Below, piece after piece: positions 31,490-45,529 of a stretch of 64,000 nt of DNA (positions within the stretch are counted from its first letter, which is position 1; the number at the start of each line of letters is the position of its first letter). Both the position numbers and the translations under genes were made by a program. The stretch is from the human T2T-CHM13v2.0 reference genome, Homo sapiens. The notes beneath the pieces were generated by a model. That model did not search any database. It had not been told where the DNA came from and saw nothing but the letters and a program-made list of their open reading frames with translations. The stretch lies in the NCBI RefSeq assembly GCF_009914755.1, contig NC_060946.1; one strand, written 5' to 3'.

Positions 31490-31910
31490 TTTCTTTTGAA
31501 ATAATTATAGATTCACAGGAAGTTGCAAAAGATACAGGGATGTCTTAGGTACTCTTCACTAATTCCAGTGGTGACATCTCACGTAGCCATAGAGCATTAT
31601 CAAAACCTGGAAACTGACATAGGTACAATTCAGAAAGCTTACTCAGATCGCAACCGTTTTGCATGCATTCATTTTTGTACGTGTGTATGCGTGTGCGTGT
31701 GTTCTGTTCATTTTTATGTGGTGTAGATCTCTGTAACTACCACTTCGACAGTCAAGATGCAGAACTGTAGCCTCACCACCAGGCTCCAACTTGTGATCTT
31801 TGCTGACACTCTGACACGTTTTCCTCCACCCCTTCCCCTTGGCAACCTCATAGCCTGTTCTCCATCTTTACAATTTTATTTCAATAATTTATATAAATGT
31901 AATTGTACAA
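31490..31910 (-). mobile_element. Ancient L1MC-like 3' end fragment
   Basis: TTTTGAAATAATTATAGATTCACAGGAAGTTGCAAAA..TATCAAAACCTGGAAACTGACATAGGTACAAT resembles the reverse complement of the L1MC4/5 3' end (from memory). Confidence 0.55.
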
Positions 31911-32647
31911 AATCGTATTTTTTAAGGGAAAAAACAAGTCCCAGACAGTTTTGTTAGTGCTGTAAAATAGTCTTTAACATTCATTTGTTTTATGTTCTAT
32001 TTGTCTCAAAAAAATGTGCTTTGTTCTTTCCCATACTTTCTGATATCAGGATAGGAAATCAATACCAAACAAAACATTTCCATTTATTTTTTTCCACAGC
32101 TTGGTTTTCACTGTTGTTGCCTAACATTTATTGTTCCATTTACTCTTTCTCTCTGTTTTCCATCACATAAAAGTAACTTTGTGTTCTTTATCTCTTCTAA
32201 GGAAACTTGGTAATGAGCCTTTAATGTGACGCCTGGACCACCCTTGTTTTGATTTTGTGTTATGGGTGTTCTTTTGTGTGATCGTTCTCATAGAGAGTCC
32301 TTGTGAAGCTGGGCTTTTTCAGTGGTTTGTCAAAATGGAAATAGATATTTAACAAACCAAACACAAAATGACCTTGCTCCAGGAATGCATCATTTCTGAG
32401 AAAACACTACCTCTTCCAACTAGAGATTGTGAATATTACTCATATTATACTTTACTCCCTTTTATTAAAACTGTATTTTTTTTTACACATTTGTATAACT
32501 CAGGTAATGAAATGTGAAACTAAGCGATTGTCTACCAATTACAATTGATGTTAACGATGCTACTGGGAGGCCACCCCCACAGTCGCTGGGCCGATTTTAG
32601 GGACTTGCTAGCTTTGCTAAGTTACATGGGATTGCCTACGTACTAAA

Positions 32648-33500
32648 TGGAGGTGGGGGATGGGTCCGAGGAAGCGGCGGCGCCGCCCTGCCCCGACGTG
32701 GAAGCTACAGACTGGGCCCCAGGCAACACGCGGCCGAGAGCCGGAGGCAGGCACGCAATGGCGGACGACACCGCAGCATCCAGCGAGTCACCGCCAGGGG
32801 CACGCGAACCCCAGGACTGCAGCCACGAGCGCTGCCAGACGGGCCGTGTGGCGGGCTTCCGGCCTCGGACACAACCGTGACGCGCGCCGGGTAGACGGGG
32901 GGCGGGTGGGCGAGGACTGTGCCTCGGAGGGGTGTTGGGGAGGAGGGGCGCTGGAGCGGCGGTGGGCCGGTCGCCGGGCCGCCACCAGGGGCAGCGGCGA
33001 ACCGCGGCGACCGGAACGTGCTCCCCCACCCTCTCCCTGGTGGACCCTTCCTACTTGCCTTCCTCCCCCCCCAACAAGCCCCCACTACCCACGACGCGTG
33101 ACGATGATGACACGGGACCTTCCACCCTTCCAGGGCCAACGAACCCCGCACCACGAGCTGCGTGAGGCGCGAGGGAGCACCCGAGGGAGGAACGCAGACC
33201 GCGGTGGTGGCCACAGGAACTCGGCCCCAGCCAGCTCTCTTCCCTCTCTGTTTTCGCGGGTGGCGGCACCGCCCTCTCTCTCTTCCTCACAGCCGGGAGC
33301 CCCCCTTCCCCATGCCACCCAATGCGTGACCACACAGGACCTGCAGGGAGAGAGAGAAGGGGCGGGCATGGTGGCAGAGGAGGGCGGACATCGCCGGTTC
33401 TGCACTTGGGGCGATGGAGGGCCCCTGCAGGCCACGCCAGGGAACCCCCAGCCATGCACCCCGAGGAGCCCGGAGGCACCCCCGGGGACTATTGATCGAC
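32648..33500 (-). pseudogene. rDNA ITS2 remnant, truncated before 28S
   Basis: GC-rich sequence collinear with human ITS2, directly adjoining the 5.8S 3' end; no 28S sequence. Confidence 0.88.
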
Positions 33501-33655
33501 AAGCGACGCTCAGACAGGCATAGCCCTGGGAGGAACCCAGGCCGCAAGTGCGTTCGAAGTGTCGATGATCAATCTATCCTGCAAATCGCATAAGTTCCAC
33601 AGCTAGCTGCGTTCTTCATTGACGCAGAAGCCCAGTGATCCACCGCTAAAAGTCA
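33501..33655 (-). pseudogene. 5.8S rRNA pseudogene (RNA5-8SP-like)
   Basis: Minus strand runs TGACTTTTAGCGGTGGATCACTGGG..GAAGAACGCAGCTAGC..GTCTGAGCGTCGCTT, with several substitutions and a small deletion relative to 5.8S. Confidence 0.95.
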
Positions 33656-34696
33656 TACAAGGTGGATTTGGTGAGGGCGCTCCCAACACCGGGAGGCCCT
33701 CCTGGCACAGCACGTCCCCCAGAGGGTTTACCTCAGGCCGGCCAGTCATACAGCAACAGGACCAGACTCCAGAGAGGGGTTGGAAGGTTTCACAACACAG
33801 GGAGGCGGTGCCGACCACGGGGATGGAGGGCGAACGCTGACAGCACCCCACGGGCACCCGGGGATTCCCGCCCCCATGGCGCAGTGCACAGGCCACACAC
33901 GCGGCACGCGCACGATGGCACGACGGCCGCCGGTAAAGCCCCCACCGGCGTCAGCGGTGACACGCAAGTGCAGCGCGGCCCCGGCCGGCCGAGGGGACGG
34001 AGTTGGCAGGGGAGGAGAGGGAGGGGCGGGCCCCTCCTGAACGGACTCCCCTGCGGGCCCACCGCACCCAACCCAAGGGAGGACAGGCGACCCCTCAAGG
34101 GGTCCTTAAACCTCCGCGCCAGAACGCGCTAGGTACCTGGACAGCGGGGGCGGACGATGCGGGGGACAGGCATCCGGCCCCCTACCCTCGAGACGCCCTA
34201 GCAGGAAGGCTGGGGAGAGTGAGCGGGCCAGTCCGGGCCCGGTGGCCTGGTCTGGCAGAGGCAAGGATGGTGACAGCGGCAGCGATGGGAACCCGACCGG
34301 CCCCAATGGGAGCCGTCGGGATGGAACCGAGCCAGCGGGACAGGGCAGGATGACAGCTCCGGCGGGGAGGGCACCGAGGCCCCCACACCGCCATGACGCC
34401 AAGAACCATCCCCACGCCCGCCGACACACACGTGGGGGCCACAGCAGGGGGCCACTCCCCGCTGCTCACCAGGCCTGCCAGCCATCCAGCCTGCCCCACG
34501 ACATGCACACACGGTTTCGTCCCCGCACGCATGTCTCTCTCTCCACCCCCCCCCCCGAGTTCTCCGGCTCTCGGGGCAGGCGGGGCCGTGCAACAAACAA
34601 AGGGCACGACCCCACCCGCGCATGCGCCACACGGGGAACATGGTCTGCCAAGGAGGAAGGACGTGGCTTCGCCGCCGCGGCTTCGCTCTTCTCCGT
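33656..34696 (-). pseudogene. rDNA ITS1 remnant
   Basis: GC-rich ~1.04 kb between the 18S 3' end and 5.8S; contains the ITS1 motif AGGTACCTAGCGCGTTC..GGAGGTTTAAGGACCCCTTG on the minus strand. Confidence 0.9.
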
Positions 34697-34730
34697 TAAT
34701 GATCCCTCCGCAGGTTCACCTACTGAAACT

Positions 34731-34769
<39 letters not shown>

Positions 34770-36560
34770 CTGTCTTCTCAGCGCTCCACCAGGGCAGTGG
34801 GCTGACCCGGCGGGGCCGATCCGAGGACCTCACTAAACCATCCTATCAGTAGTAGAGACGGGCGGTGTGTACATAGGGCAGGGACTTCAGGCAAGCTTAT
34901 GACCCGAACTTACTGGAAATTCCTCCTTCATGGGGAATAACTGCAATCCCCCATCCCCATCACGAATGGGGTTCAACAGGTTACCCGCCTCTGCCACGTA
35001 GGGTAGGCATATGCTGAGCCAGTCAGTGTAGCGCGCGTGCAGTCCCGGACATCTAAGGGCATCACAGATCTGTTATTGCTCAATTTCGGATGGCTGAAGG
35101 CCACTTGTCCCTCTAAGAAGTTGGGGGACGCCGACCGCTCGGGGGTCACGTAACTATTTAGCATGCCAGAGTCTCATTGGTTATCGGAATTAACCAGACA
35201 AATCACTCCACCAACTAAGGCCATGCACCACCACCCATGGAACAGAGAAACAGCTATCAATCTGTCAATCCGGTCCATGTCCGGGCCGGGTGATTTTTCC
35301 CATGTTGAGTCAAATTAAGCCCAGGCTCCACTCCTGGTGGTGCCCTTCCACCAATTCCTTTAAGTTTCAGCTTTGCAACCATACTCCCCCCGGAACCTAA
35401 AAACCCAAAGACTGGTTTCTTGGAAGCTGCCCAGCGGGGTCATGGGAATAACGCCGCCACATCGCCAGTCGGCATCGTTTATGGTCGGAACTACGACGGT
35501 ATCTGATCATCTTCGAACCTCCGGCTTTTGTTCTTGATTAATGAAAACATTCTTGGCAAATGCTTTCACTCTGGTCTGAACTGCGCCAGTCCAAGAATTT
35601 CACCTCTAGCGGCACAATACGAATGCCCCCGGCCGTCCCTCTTAATCCTGGCCTCAGTTCTGAAAACCAACAAAATAGAACCGCGGTCCTATTCCATTAT
35701 TCCTAGCTGCGGTATCCAGGCGGCTCGGACCTGCTTTGAACACTCTAATTTTTTCAAAGTAAATGCTTTGGGCTGCGGGACACTCAGCTAAGAGCACCGA
35801 GGGGGCGCCAAGAGGCAAGGGGCGGGGACAGGCGGTGGCTCGCGTCCTGGCGGACCGCCCGCCCGCTCCCAAGATCCAACTAGGAGCTTTTTAACTGCAG
35901 CAACTTTAACATATGCTATGGGAGCTGGAATTACCGCGGCTGCTGGCACTAGACTTGCCCTCCAATGGATCTTCGTTAAAGGATTTAAAGTGGACTCATT
36001 CCAATTACAGGACCTCGAAAGAGTCCTGTATTGGTATGTTTCATCACTACCTCCTTGGGTCGGGAGTGGGTAATTTGCATGCCTGCTGCCTTCCTTGAAT
36101 GTGGTAGCCATTTCTCAGGCTCCCTCTACAGAATTGAACCCTGATTCCCCATCACCCGTGGTCACCATGGTAGGCACAGCGACTACCATCAAAAGTTGAT
36201 AGGGCAGACGTTCTAATGGGTCGTCGCTGCCACGGGGGGTGTGCGATTGGCCCGAGGCTATCTAGAGTCACCAAAGCTGGTGGCACCCGACCCCCTGGCC
36301 GGGGCCAGAGAGGGGCTGACCGGGTTGGTTTTGATCTGATAAATGCACGCATCTTCCCCACGAAGGGGGTCAGCGCCCTTCGGCATGCATTAGCTCTAGA
36401 ATTACCACAGTTTTCAAAGTAGGAGAGGAGCGAGCGATCAAAAGAACCATAACTGATTTAATGAGCCATTCGCAGTTTCACTGTACTGGCCCTGTGTACT
36501 TAGACATGTATGGCATAATCTTTGAGACAAGCATATGGTACTGGTAGGATCAACCAAGTA
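34697..36560 (-). pseudogene. Full-length but decayed 18S rRNA pseudogene
   Basis: 5' end TACTTGGTTGATCCTACCAGTA, 3' end AGGTGAACCTGCGGAGGGATCATTA. Many CpG transitions and indels in normally invariant regions (~34888, ~35218, ~35398). Confidence 0.96.
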
Positions 36561-38585
36561 GGTAGAAAGCGGCCTCCAGGCCTCGCGAGGATGAGCCCGG
36601 CATCCCAGTCGCGAGGATGGGTGCGGCAGGGCGGTCGACCTGGCGTGTGGGAGGGAGGGAGCAGCGCGGGGCGGTGGGAGCCGGGTGATGGGGCGGCGAA
36701 CCGGACATCCCATACACCCACACTACACAACACCCCCCGATGGGCTCACCACTCCCGACCCTTCGTGCCCACGTGTAACCAGGCAGAACGCCCGACCCGT
36801 GCATGGCAGCCGCGAGGGACCGGCGGCCACTCACGCGCGGCGGGCGCGGGGCAGCCCCGACGTTTGGGCAGCGAACGAGAGGCGGACCGCGGTGCCCGGG
36901 ATCTCACCGCCAGCGGCCTCCAAGCACGAAGGCGGCCCCGCGCAGCACCTGGAGCGGCCGACTGGCCTTCGGCGGGCCCGCGGCTTCCCCACCGCCGCCG
37001 CCATCGCGGCCAGCCCCCAGAACCCTCTTCCCTGCGCGCGCTGCACGCCGACCCCATACCCTCCGGGCTCACACCAGGCCCATGCGGGGCGCCGCCGACC
37101 TGGTCCCGAAGGCGAGCGCCCAGGGACACGGACAACGGGCCAACAAGTGGCCGGCGGTGGCGCCGCCACACAAGGCGGAGCCGGGTTTGGTCCCAGACGG
37201 GACCACCACAGCCTAAGCCGGTGAGCCGCTCGGGGAGAGAGGATACGCGGGCGGGGAGGGGGGCACAGACGCAAGGCCAGGGACCGCGAGGGCAAGGGCA
37301 CCCGGAAGCCCGCAGAGGGGCGGCTCGGGGAGAAACCTCAGGCATGGCCGGTCCACCAGGAAAACACGGCCACGGGATCCCACCGCCACAGACACGAGGG
37401 AGGTCCTGCGGCGACCCGCCTAGGACGCCGGACGGCCCTCAGCACCCACCAAGACCCGCCTCATGAGCCCGGGTCCCGCCATCGGGACCCCAAAGCGACC
37501 TCAGCCACAAACCCAATGCCAGGGCTAGGTTGCTCGTTTCTCGTCCATCCTCCGACCCGGTCAAGCTCCGGGAGACCGGCGCGCCCCCCACTTGGGAAGC
37601 TTCCCATGGCCAGGCGGCCCAACCCCGTGCCACACAAACGCGGTCGTCGACACTGGTCGCTGCTCCTCAGGGGAGCGGGTGGAGAGACGGCTCGCAGCGG
37701 AGCGGGTCACGCGCCAGAGGGAACGCCGGGCACAGCCACCGCTCGCGCAGCCTCCCAACCGCTAGGACGCCGGCGCGGCACGGAGGGATCCTCCCGCGAC
37801 TCAGAAGGGGGAGGCGCGGGCCACACAGTAGGCGACGAGCCGCCCTCCGTCCCCACCGCGGAGGCAGGGGAACCCTAGCTCTCCCCACCTCACCCCGTCG
37901 AGGGGGAAGTGGAGGAGTGTCCTCTGCGAGCTAGTCGCTACAGCAGCGCTACCATAACGCAGAGAGAGGCGGAAGGCCGGGGGATCCGCTACCCCAAAGG
38001 CACACCTCTCGGATCACTAGAGAAGGCTTTCTCACGGAGGGTGGGTCACACTCCCCACCAGCCAGTCGCCCCTCGTTGGGCCCTTAGAGGTGCTCAGGGA
38101 TGCCTGGGGAAAGCAGGGGGCCTGCGGTACCAGGAAAAATCTGCGTGCGGCAACCTTGAACCTTCGCGGTCTGGGCGGGGGGCCTGGCCGCTATGCGTGT
38201 GCGCAATCCCCCAAGGGCCCCCCGTCCACCAGCCTCCTTTCTCCTAGACAAAGCACCTCCAAGTAAATCCACACACAACCTGTCGGAGGCAGAACGGTAG
38301 CCCCTCGGCGGCCGGCCGGCGCACGCGTCACCTGCCCAAGCCCACCGCGATAGCTCACACTGCCTGTGCGCACCAACCAGAGGGGATCACAGGACCTGCG
38401 CTCGCCAGACCAGGCGACGCCCTTCCCCGCGTGGCAGGGGTGCTTCTCACTCAACCTCCTCGACCCCCACACCAACGAGCTCCCTCAGGACCCACTCGCG
38501 GACACCGCGGCGGCGACCGGAGGAGGGGGCGCTGGGGGTGGGAACCACACACCACCGCTGGACTTTGGGCACCTGAGTGATAAGC
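36561..38585 (-). pseudogene. Partial 5'ETS of 45S pre-rRNA (5'-truncated, internally deleted)
   Basis: Collinear with human 5'ETS motifs (GAGAAAGCCTTCTCTAG, GTTATGGTAGCGCTGC, GGGTCCTGAGGGAGCTCG). Only ~2.0 kb long and lacks the GCTGACACGCTGTCC start. Confidence 0.88.
37332..37446 (-). ncRNA. mir-663-like hairpin segment of the 5'ETS (function unsupported)
   Basis: Minus strand GGTGCTGAGGGCCGTCCGGCGTCCTAGGCGGGTCGCC..GTGGCGGTGGGATCCCGTGGCCGTGTTTTCCTGGTGG..CCTGAGGTTTC resembles the MIR663A/B precursors as I recall them. Confidence 0.5.
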
Positions 38586-38604
38586 TGGGGGGGGAACGGG
38601 TGGA

Positions 38605-39681
<1,077 letters not shown>

Positions 39682-40219
39682 CTGAGTTAATACATCTGGT
39701 CTCACTACGTCTTAACCACACACCCATGAAGAACTCAAGTCAAGAGAGAGTCAGTAAGAGACTCAGCATTCTCTACCGAAAGCAGTGAGGTGGATGGCGG
39801 CTTGTGTCCCGAGCTCCTGTGGTTTCAGTTGGCCACGCGTAGAGGAGAGATTTCCAACGTTTCCAGAGAGGAAACATTGTCATTCGGGCCACAGCCATTC
39901 GGGGCATCCGAGCACGAGATGGGCTTTCTGACAGCGACTTTAGTGCGAGGAAGGGTCAGAATCTGCCAAGGCCCGTGTCCCAGGGTGTGGCCGAAGGAAC
40001 CCAAGGTAGAGGGAGTCAGCGGTCCACACAGAGAGAGCTCCAGCCCTAGGCCCCACTGTGCAGACCCAATCAGAAGAAGAGAGTCCTTCATCCTACATGC
40101 CACATCCCTCCACTGAACTTGGGAGCGGATCCGTTTTCCAAACATGAGGTGACTCTCGCTTTGCAATGGATCACAAGGGGCCGGGCTTCCAGAGGTGGCA
40201 GGGTAAAGAAGTCATTCTG

Positions 40220-43200
40220 GCTCGGCCTCCCCCATCCCCTGGTAACTGGTGAGTTTAAATGAGCCGAGGCTGGCCGGGCCGGAGCCACTACGGCGGGGAG
40301 GGGTGTGGGCGGGGTGGGGGGGTGCCTGAGGCACTGCAGAAAGTGGGTCTGAGCCTCGAGGATGACGATGCTACAGGAACCCGTCCAGGTTGCTACATGG
40401 CAAGCACTAAACCACTATGCTTACCGAGATGGGGTTTTCCTCGCAGAACGCCTTTACGCAGAAGTACACTCAGAAGAAGCCTTGTTTTTACTGGCGACCT
40501 GTTCTTACTGCCCAGGAAAGGCCTATAAAGCATATAGACTCTTGAAAGGACACAGTTGTCCTACACCGCAATGCAAGTACCTGCTTGCAAAATGTTGTTT
40601 TGATGTCAGCAAGCTTGCAGAAGGGGAACAAATCTTATCTGGTGGAGTGTTTCATAAGCAGAAAAGCCATGATGATATTGTTACTGAGTTTGGTGATTCA
40701 GCTTGCTTTCCCCTTCCATTGTTGGGACATGTATATTGCAAGACAGATCGGCTTGCCAAAGGATCAGAATGCTACCAAAAGAGCCTTAGTTTAAATCCTT
40801 TCCTCTGGTATCCCTTTGAATCATTATTTGAAATAGGTGAAAAGCCAGATCCTGACCAAAGTTTTAAATTCACATCTTTACATAACTTTAGCAACTGTCT
40901 GTCCAAGTGTTGCACCACACAAGTACCTCGTCATAGTTTATGTCACAGACAGCCTGAGACTGTTCTTATGGAAACACCCCAGAACGCAACTGAATTAAAC
41001 AGATTGAATTTAGAATCTTCCAATTCAAAGTACTCCTTGAATACAGATTCCCCAGTGTCTTCTATTGATTCAGCTGTAATTTCACCTGATACTCTCCCAC
41101 TGGGAACAGGAACTTCCATATTATCTAAACAGGTTCAAAATAAAGCAAAAACTGATCGAACTTTATTAGGAGGACCAGCATCTCTTAGTCCATTAACCCC
41201 AAGTTTTGGGATTTTACCATTAGAAACCCCAAGTCCTGGAGATGGATCCTATTTACAAAACTACACTAATACACCTTCTGTAATGGATATGACATCCACC
41301 GGAGTCCCTTCAAAAAAGTCTGTTGCCAGAATAGGCCAAATTGGAGCAAAGTCTGTCTTCTCACAGAGTGGAAATAGCCGAGAGGTAACTCCAATTCTTG
41401 CACAAACAGAAAGTTCTGGTCCATAAATAAGTACAACACCTCAGGTATTGAGCCACACTATGATATCTCCCCCAAATGCACTGCATTGAAGAAGTTCACG
41501 ACTCTTTACTCGTGACAGTTCCACAACCAAGGAGAATAGGAAGAAATTAAAAATGAAGTTTCCACCTAAAATCCCAAACAGAAAAACAAAAAGTAAAACT
41601 AATAAAGGAGTAATAACTCAACCTAATATAAATGACAGCCTGGAAACAACAAAATTGGACTCTTCCATCATTTCAGAAGGGAAAATATCCACAATCACAC
41701 CTCAGATTCAGGCTTTTAGTCTACAAAAAGCAGCAGCAGAAGACTTGATGAGCCTTCTTCGTGAAAGGGGGAAGGTTATTTAGCTTTGTGTTCATACCAC
41801 TGCAAAGAAGCTATAAATATTTTGAGCCATTTACCTTCTCACCACTACAATACTGGTTGGGTACTGTGCCAAATTGGAAGGGCCTATTTTGAACTTTCAG
41901 AGTCCATGCAAGCTGAAAGAATATTCTCAGAGGTTAGAAGGATTGAGAATTATAGTCGAAGCCATGGAAATCTACTCTACAACACTTTGGTATCTTCAAA
42001 AAGATGTTGCTCTTTCATTTCTGTCAAAAGACTTAACAGACATGGATAAAAATTTGCCAGAGGCCTGGTGTGCTGCAGGGAACTGTTTCAGTCTGCAACA
42101 GGAATACGATATTGCAATTAAATTCTTCCAGAGAGCTATCCAAGTGGATCCAGATTATGCTTATGCCTATACTCTATTAGGGAATGAGTTTGTCTTAACT
42201 GAAGAATTGGACAAAGCATTAGCTAGTTTTCGAAATGCTATCAGAGTCAATCCTAGACATTATAATGCATGGTAAGTGGTAATGAAGTGTAAAGACAAAG
42301 TCTTGTTGATGGTGCTGGTAGTCACTAATTTTTCTTGTTAGATAGCTCTTTATTGTCATGAATTTGGTTACTAATACTTAGGGATGGTACATACTGGTCA
42401 ATAACTTCAAACTAACACGCTTTCTTATGAAATGTATGCCTTTAACAAACTCTTAAGTTAACTAATGATAATAGAATACCAGATCCTTATACTCAAGAGT
42501 TTCAGTCTTCTACCAAACTTTTGCAGATGCTCTAGTTGTGTTTTGTTTGTTTGTTTGCTTGTTTAGTTTTGTTACTTGATTTGTTACTTTTTCTTCGAAC
42601 ACAGAAATGGTGATTGAGACAAAAAGTGCTTGGGAAATTGGAAAGGAATAGCATAATTCACTTATTGGATAATAGAAAAAATCACTGAAAAAATTCACTA
42701 GTTGCTGCTTTTTGACAGTGTTCCAGTTTATTGAGTTACTATTAGGAACTAAGTGTACCCTTTTATTTAGCAGTATCTCTGTTTTACTTTTTTGTACTTG
42801 TGTATAAGTAGAGACATAGGAAATTACTACCCAGGTCATATTGTTATCAACTGAATAACATATGAAAAAGTTTGGTCCTACTTCTACCTCAACACTATAA
42901 TTACTGTTGACATTTATTGTATTTTTCTGGACTGACTTAAAAGTTTAAATATCAAGAGAAGGCCAGGCACGGTGGCTCATGCCTGTCATCCCAGCACTTT
43001 GGGAGGCTGAGGCAGGTGGATCACAAGGTCAAGAGATCGAGACCATGCTGGCCAACATGGCGAAACCCCGTATCTATTAAAAGTATAAAAATTAGCTGGG
43101 AATGGTGGCGGGCGCCTGTAGTCCCAGATACTCAGGAGGCTGAGGCAGGAAAATCGCTTGAACCGGGAAGTGGAGGTTGCAGTGAGCCAAGATTATGCCA

Positions 43201-44020
43201 TTGCACACCAGCCTGGGCAACAGAGCAAGAAACCATCTCAAGAAAAAAATAAAATAAAATGAAATAAAATAAAATAAAATAAAATAAAATAAATAAATAT
43301 CAAGAGAAAGTATAATTCTGAAGTCATAACTCTGTGGAAGCCTTTTTGTCAGATACGGTTATCTTTGGGGTTAATTATTATAACAGTTGAGTTTTAACAC
43401 TTGATTTGCTTCTAAATCTGAAGCATTATATTACTAAAACATTTTTTCATTTGTGAGTATGTTGTTTAATGGATTATATCTCATTTTGCAGTAGTAGTTG
43501 CAGTGCCTGAGAGATTGCCAAAAAAAAATAGTGCTAGCTTTTGCTGACAAATGTAACAATCAACTTACCAATACAGCCTTCTCTTCTGATAGCTATGTTA
43601 TCCGTAATATTTTAAGAACTCAGTTCTTCATAAGACTTGTGTTGTTTTTTAATTTTTCCCAAGTCTGGTTGATCCTTGTGTTGTTCTTTTTTAAATGTGT
43701 ATTGTCTGTTCAGCTATTCTGCAGGAGTCGCATTCTTAAAAACTTTAACCGTATCAAAAATTGTGTTTAAAGGAGGATTATTCAGATTGGCAAGCTTTTA
43801 CTAGGAGGGGTTTAAATGCTGACATATTTAGGTAACTCTAAATACTGAGCAACTTTATTCTAACTACAAAATAGATAGCCTTTCTTTTGTTTTTCACTTT
43901 CACTATCATTAGCACTGTGTTTAATATATTTTCTTCATCTATAACACAATTATAACGATATATAAAGCCACTCAAATAAAGCAGATATATTGTGCTTTTA
44001 AAAAAAAAGAAAAGAAAAAA
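40220..44020 (+). pseudogene. CDC27P: CDC27 (APC3) processed pseudogene with retained 3' intronic segment and poly(A)
   Basis: ATG 40362 MTMLQEPVQVATWQALNHYAYRD..; intronless to ..RHYNAW (42271); premature stop at 41424-41426 plus frameshifts. AATAAA 43975-43980, poly(A) from 44000. TSD AAAGAAGTCATT(C/A)TG at 40205-40219 and 44021-44035. Confidence 0.95.
42961..43297 (+). mobile_element. AluS (Sc-like) inside the CDC27 retrocopy tail
   Basis: Full dimer with (AAAAT)n tail; TSD AAATATCAAGAGAA on both sides. Confidence 0.9.
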
Positions 44021-44084
44021 AAAGAAGTCATTATGTGGCACACAGTGAGGTGTGACTTGAATCTAGAATCTCCAGTGAAAACCA

Positions 44085-44250
44085 ATGAAACACCGTGTCT
44101 ACTAAAAATAAAAAAATGAGCCAGGTGTGGTGGCGCTGAGACAGGAGAATCGCTCGAACTCAGGAGGCAGAAGTTGCAGTGAGCTGAGATCATGCCACTG
44201 CACTCCAGCCGGGGCGGGGGACAGAGCAAGACTGCATCTCAGAAACAAAC
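44085..44250 (+). mobile_element. Partial, internally deleted Alu
   Basis: TCTACTAAAAATA..AGCCAGGTGTGGTGGCG..GCAGTGAGCTGAGATC..GCACTCCAGCC. Confidence 0.8.
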
Positions 44251-45529
44251 AAACACACAAAGCCAATAAAGGTGTTTCACTCAACGTTTCAGGCTCAGGT
44301 CTCTTGACAGGATACATCCAGCACCCGGGGAAACGTCGAGGGGTGAGTTGGAATCTGTTTTGTGGCCTCAAGGGAGGTTTTGAGAGATAGTCTCGCAAAC
44401 ATGACGGCCTAAGGAAGCCCCTCCGCCCAAGAAGCAATATTCATTTGTATCCTGTAGCCACCCACGAGGTAGAATCGGGCTCTCTACAGACACCCCAACC
44501 CCCACCCCACCCCACCCCCCCACCTCGTGAAATGAGCTCTCGCTCCGTCAGGCTCTATTCACGCCGTGTAGTTTTGTAACCTCCAGCATGTGTGCGTGGG
44601 TTGCGGGGTGGGGTGGGGGCGGCTGTGGACAGAGAAGGGGATAAAGCGGCAGTGTCTCGCGGGTGCCCAGGACGTGGGACGTGAGTGGGGTGGCCAGAGC
44701 CTAGTTAACTCATCGCCTGTCAGGACGTCTCCCCTCCTGGTCCCCTCTCTGACCTACGCTCCACATCTTCACAGTTCAGTGGGGACCTTGTGGGTGGAAG
44801 TCGCCATCCCTTTGTACTTTAGCCGACGAAGACCGGGCTCCCAAGAGTCTCCCGGGAGTCAAGGCCTTGGGCAGGCTCACAAGGATGCTGATGGCGAGGG
44901 TTAGTGATGGTGATGTAAGTTGGAAGCCTTGGGCCAATGCAGAGGTATCCATTTGACCTCGGTGGGACAGGTCAGCTTTGTGGAGTCCTGTGTGTCCTTC
45001 CAGAGACTCATCCAGCGGTAGCAAGCATGGTCCCGAGGATCCCAGCTCCCAGCAGAGGCACTTTTGTTCACATAGAATCCTGGGCAGGAAAGCTCTCTGC
45101 AGGTTTAGGCCTCCTAGCCAAAAAGTCAAAGCCACTTCTGGGATTTTTTTTCAAAGAGCCAATGGTTCCACAATGGGCCATGGGTAGTTGTGGAAGTGGA
45201 GAGACGTGTTTGCAGATACATATTTGAGACAGAATGGACAGGGCTCAGTCACAGTTCATGTAGGACACGAGCAGATGCATATTGAGAAAACCTTCCGAGC
45301 ATCCTAGGTGAACAGAGGTATGATTTTTTGAGACAGTCAAGGGAGACGCAACCCCGGATGTTAGGGTTGGATCGTTATTAATATGTAGTATCTATGAGGT
45401 ATCCAACTCCAGAAATCAACTCGCCAGTTCTGTACAGCATTCTGTAGGGAGATCAAATGTGGGATGTCTAAAGTTAAGAATTCAGGCTGTGGTAATGGAT
45501 TAGATTAGATGTACTTGAACTTATTTTGC

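Noticed and set aside
31235-32170. Short ORFs in the unique spacer as exons
   Set aside because: No recognisable protein similarity or splice pattern; they partly overlap old repeat relics.
33501-36560. Functional 5.8S and 18S rRNA genes
   Set aside because: Indels and substitutions at conserved positions, no 28S and no promoter.
40362-41426. 354 aa ORF as a functional CDC27 gene
   Set aside because: Intronless, premature stop, downstream frameshifts, poly(A) and TSD mark it as a processed pseudogene.
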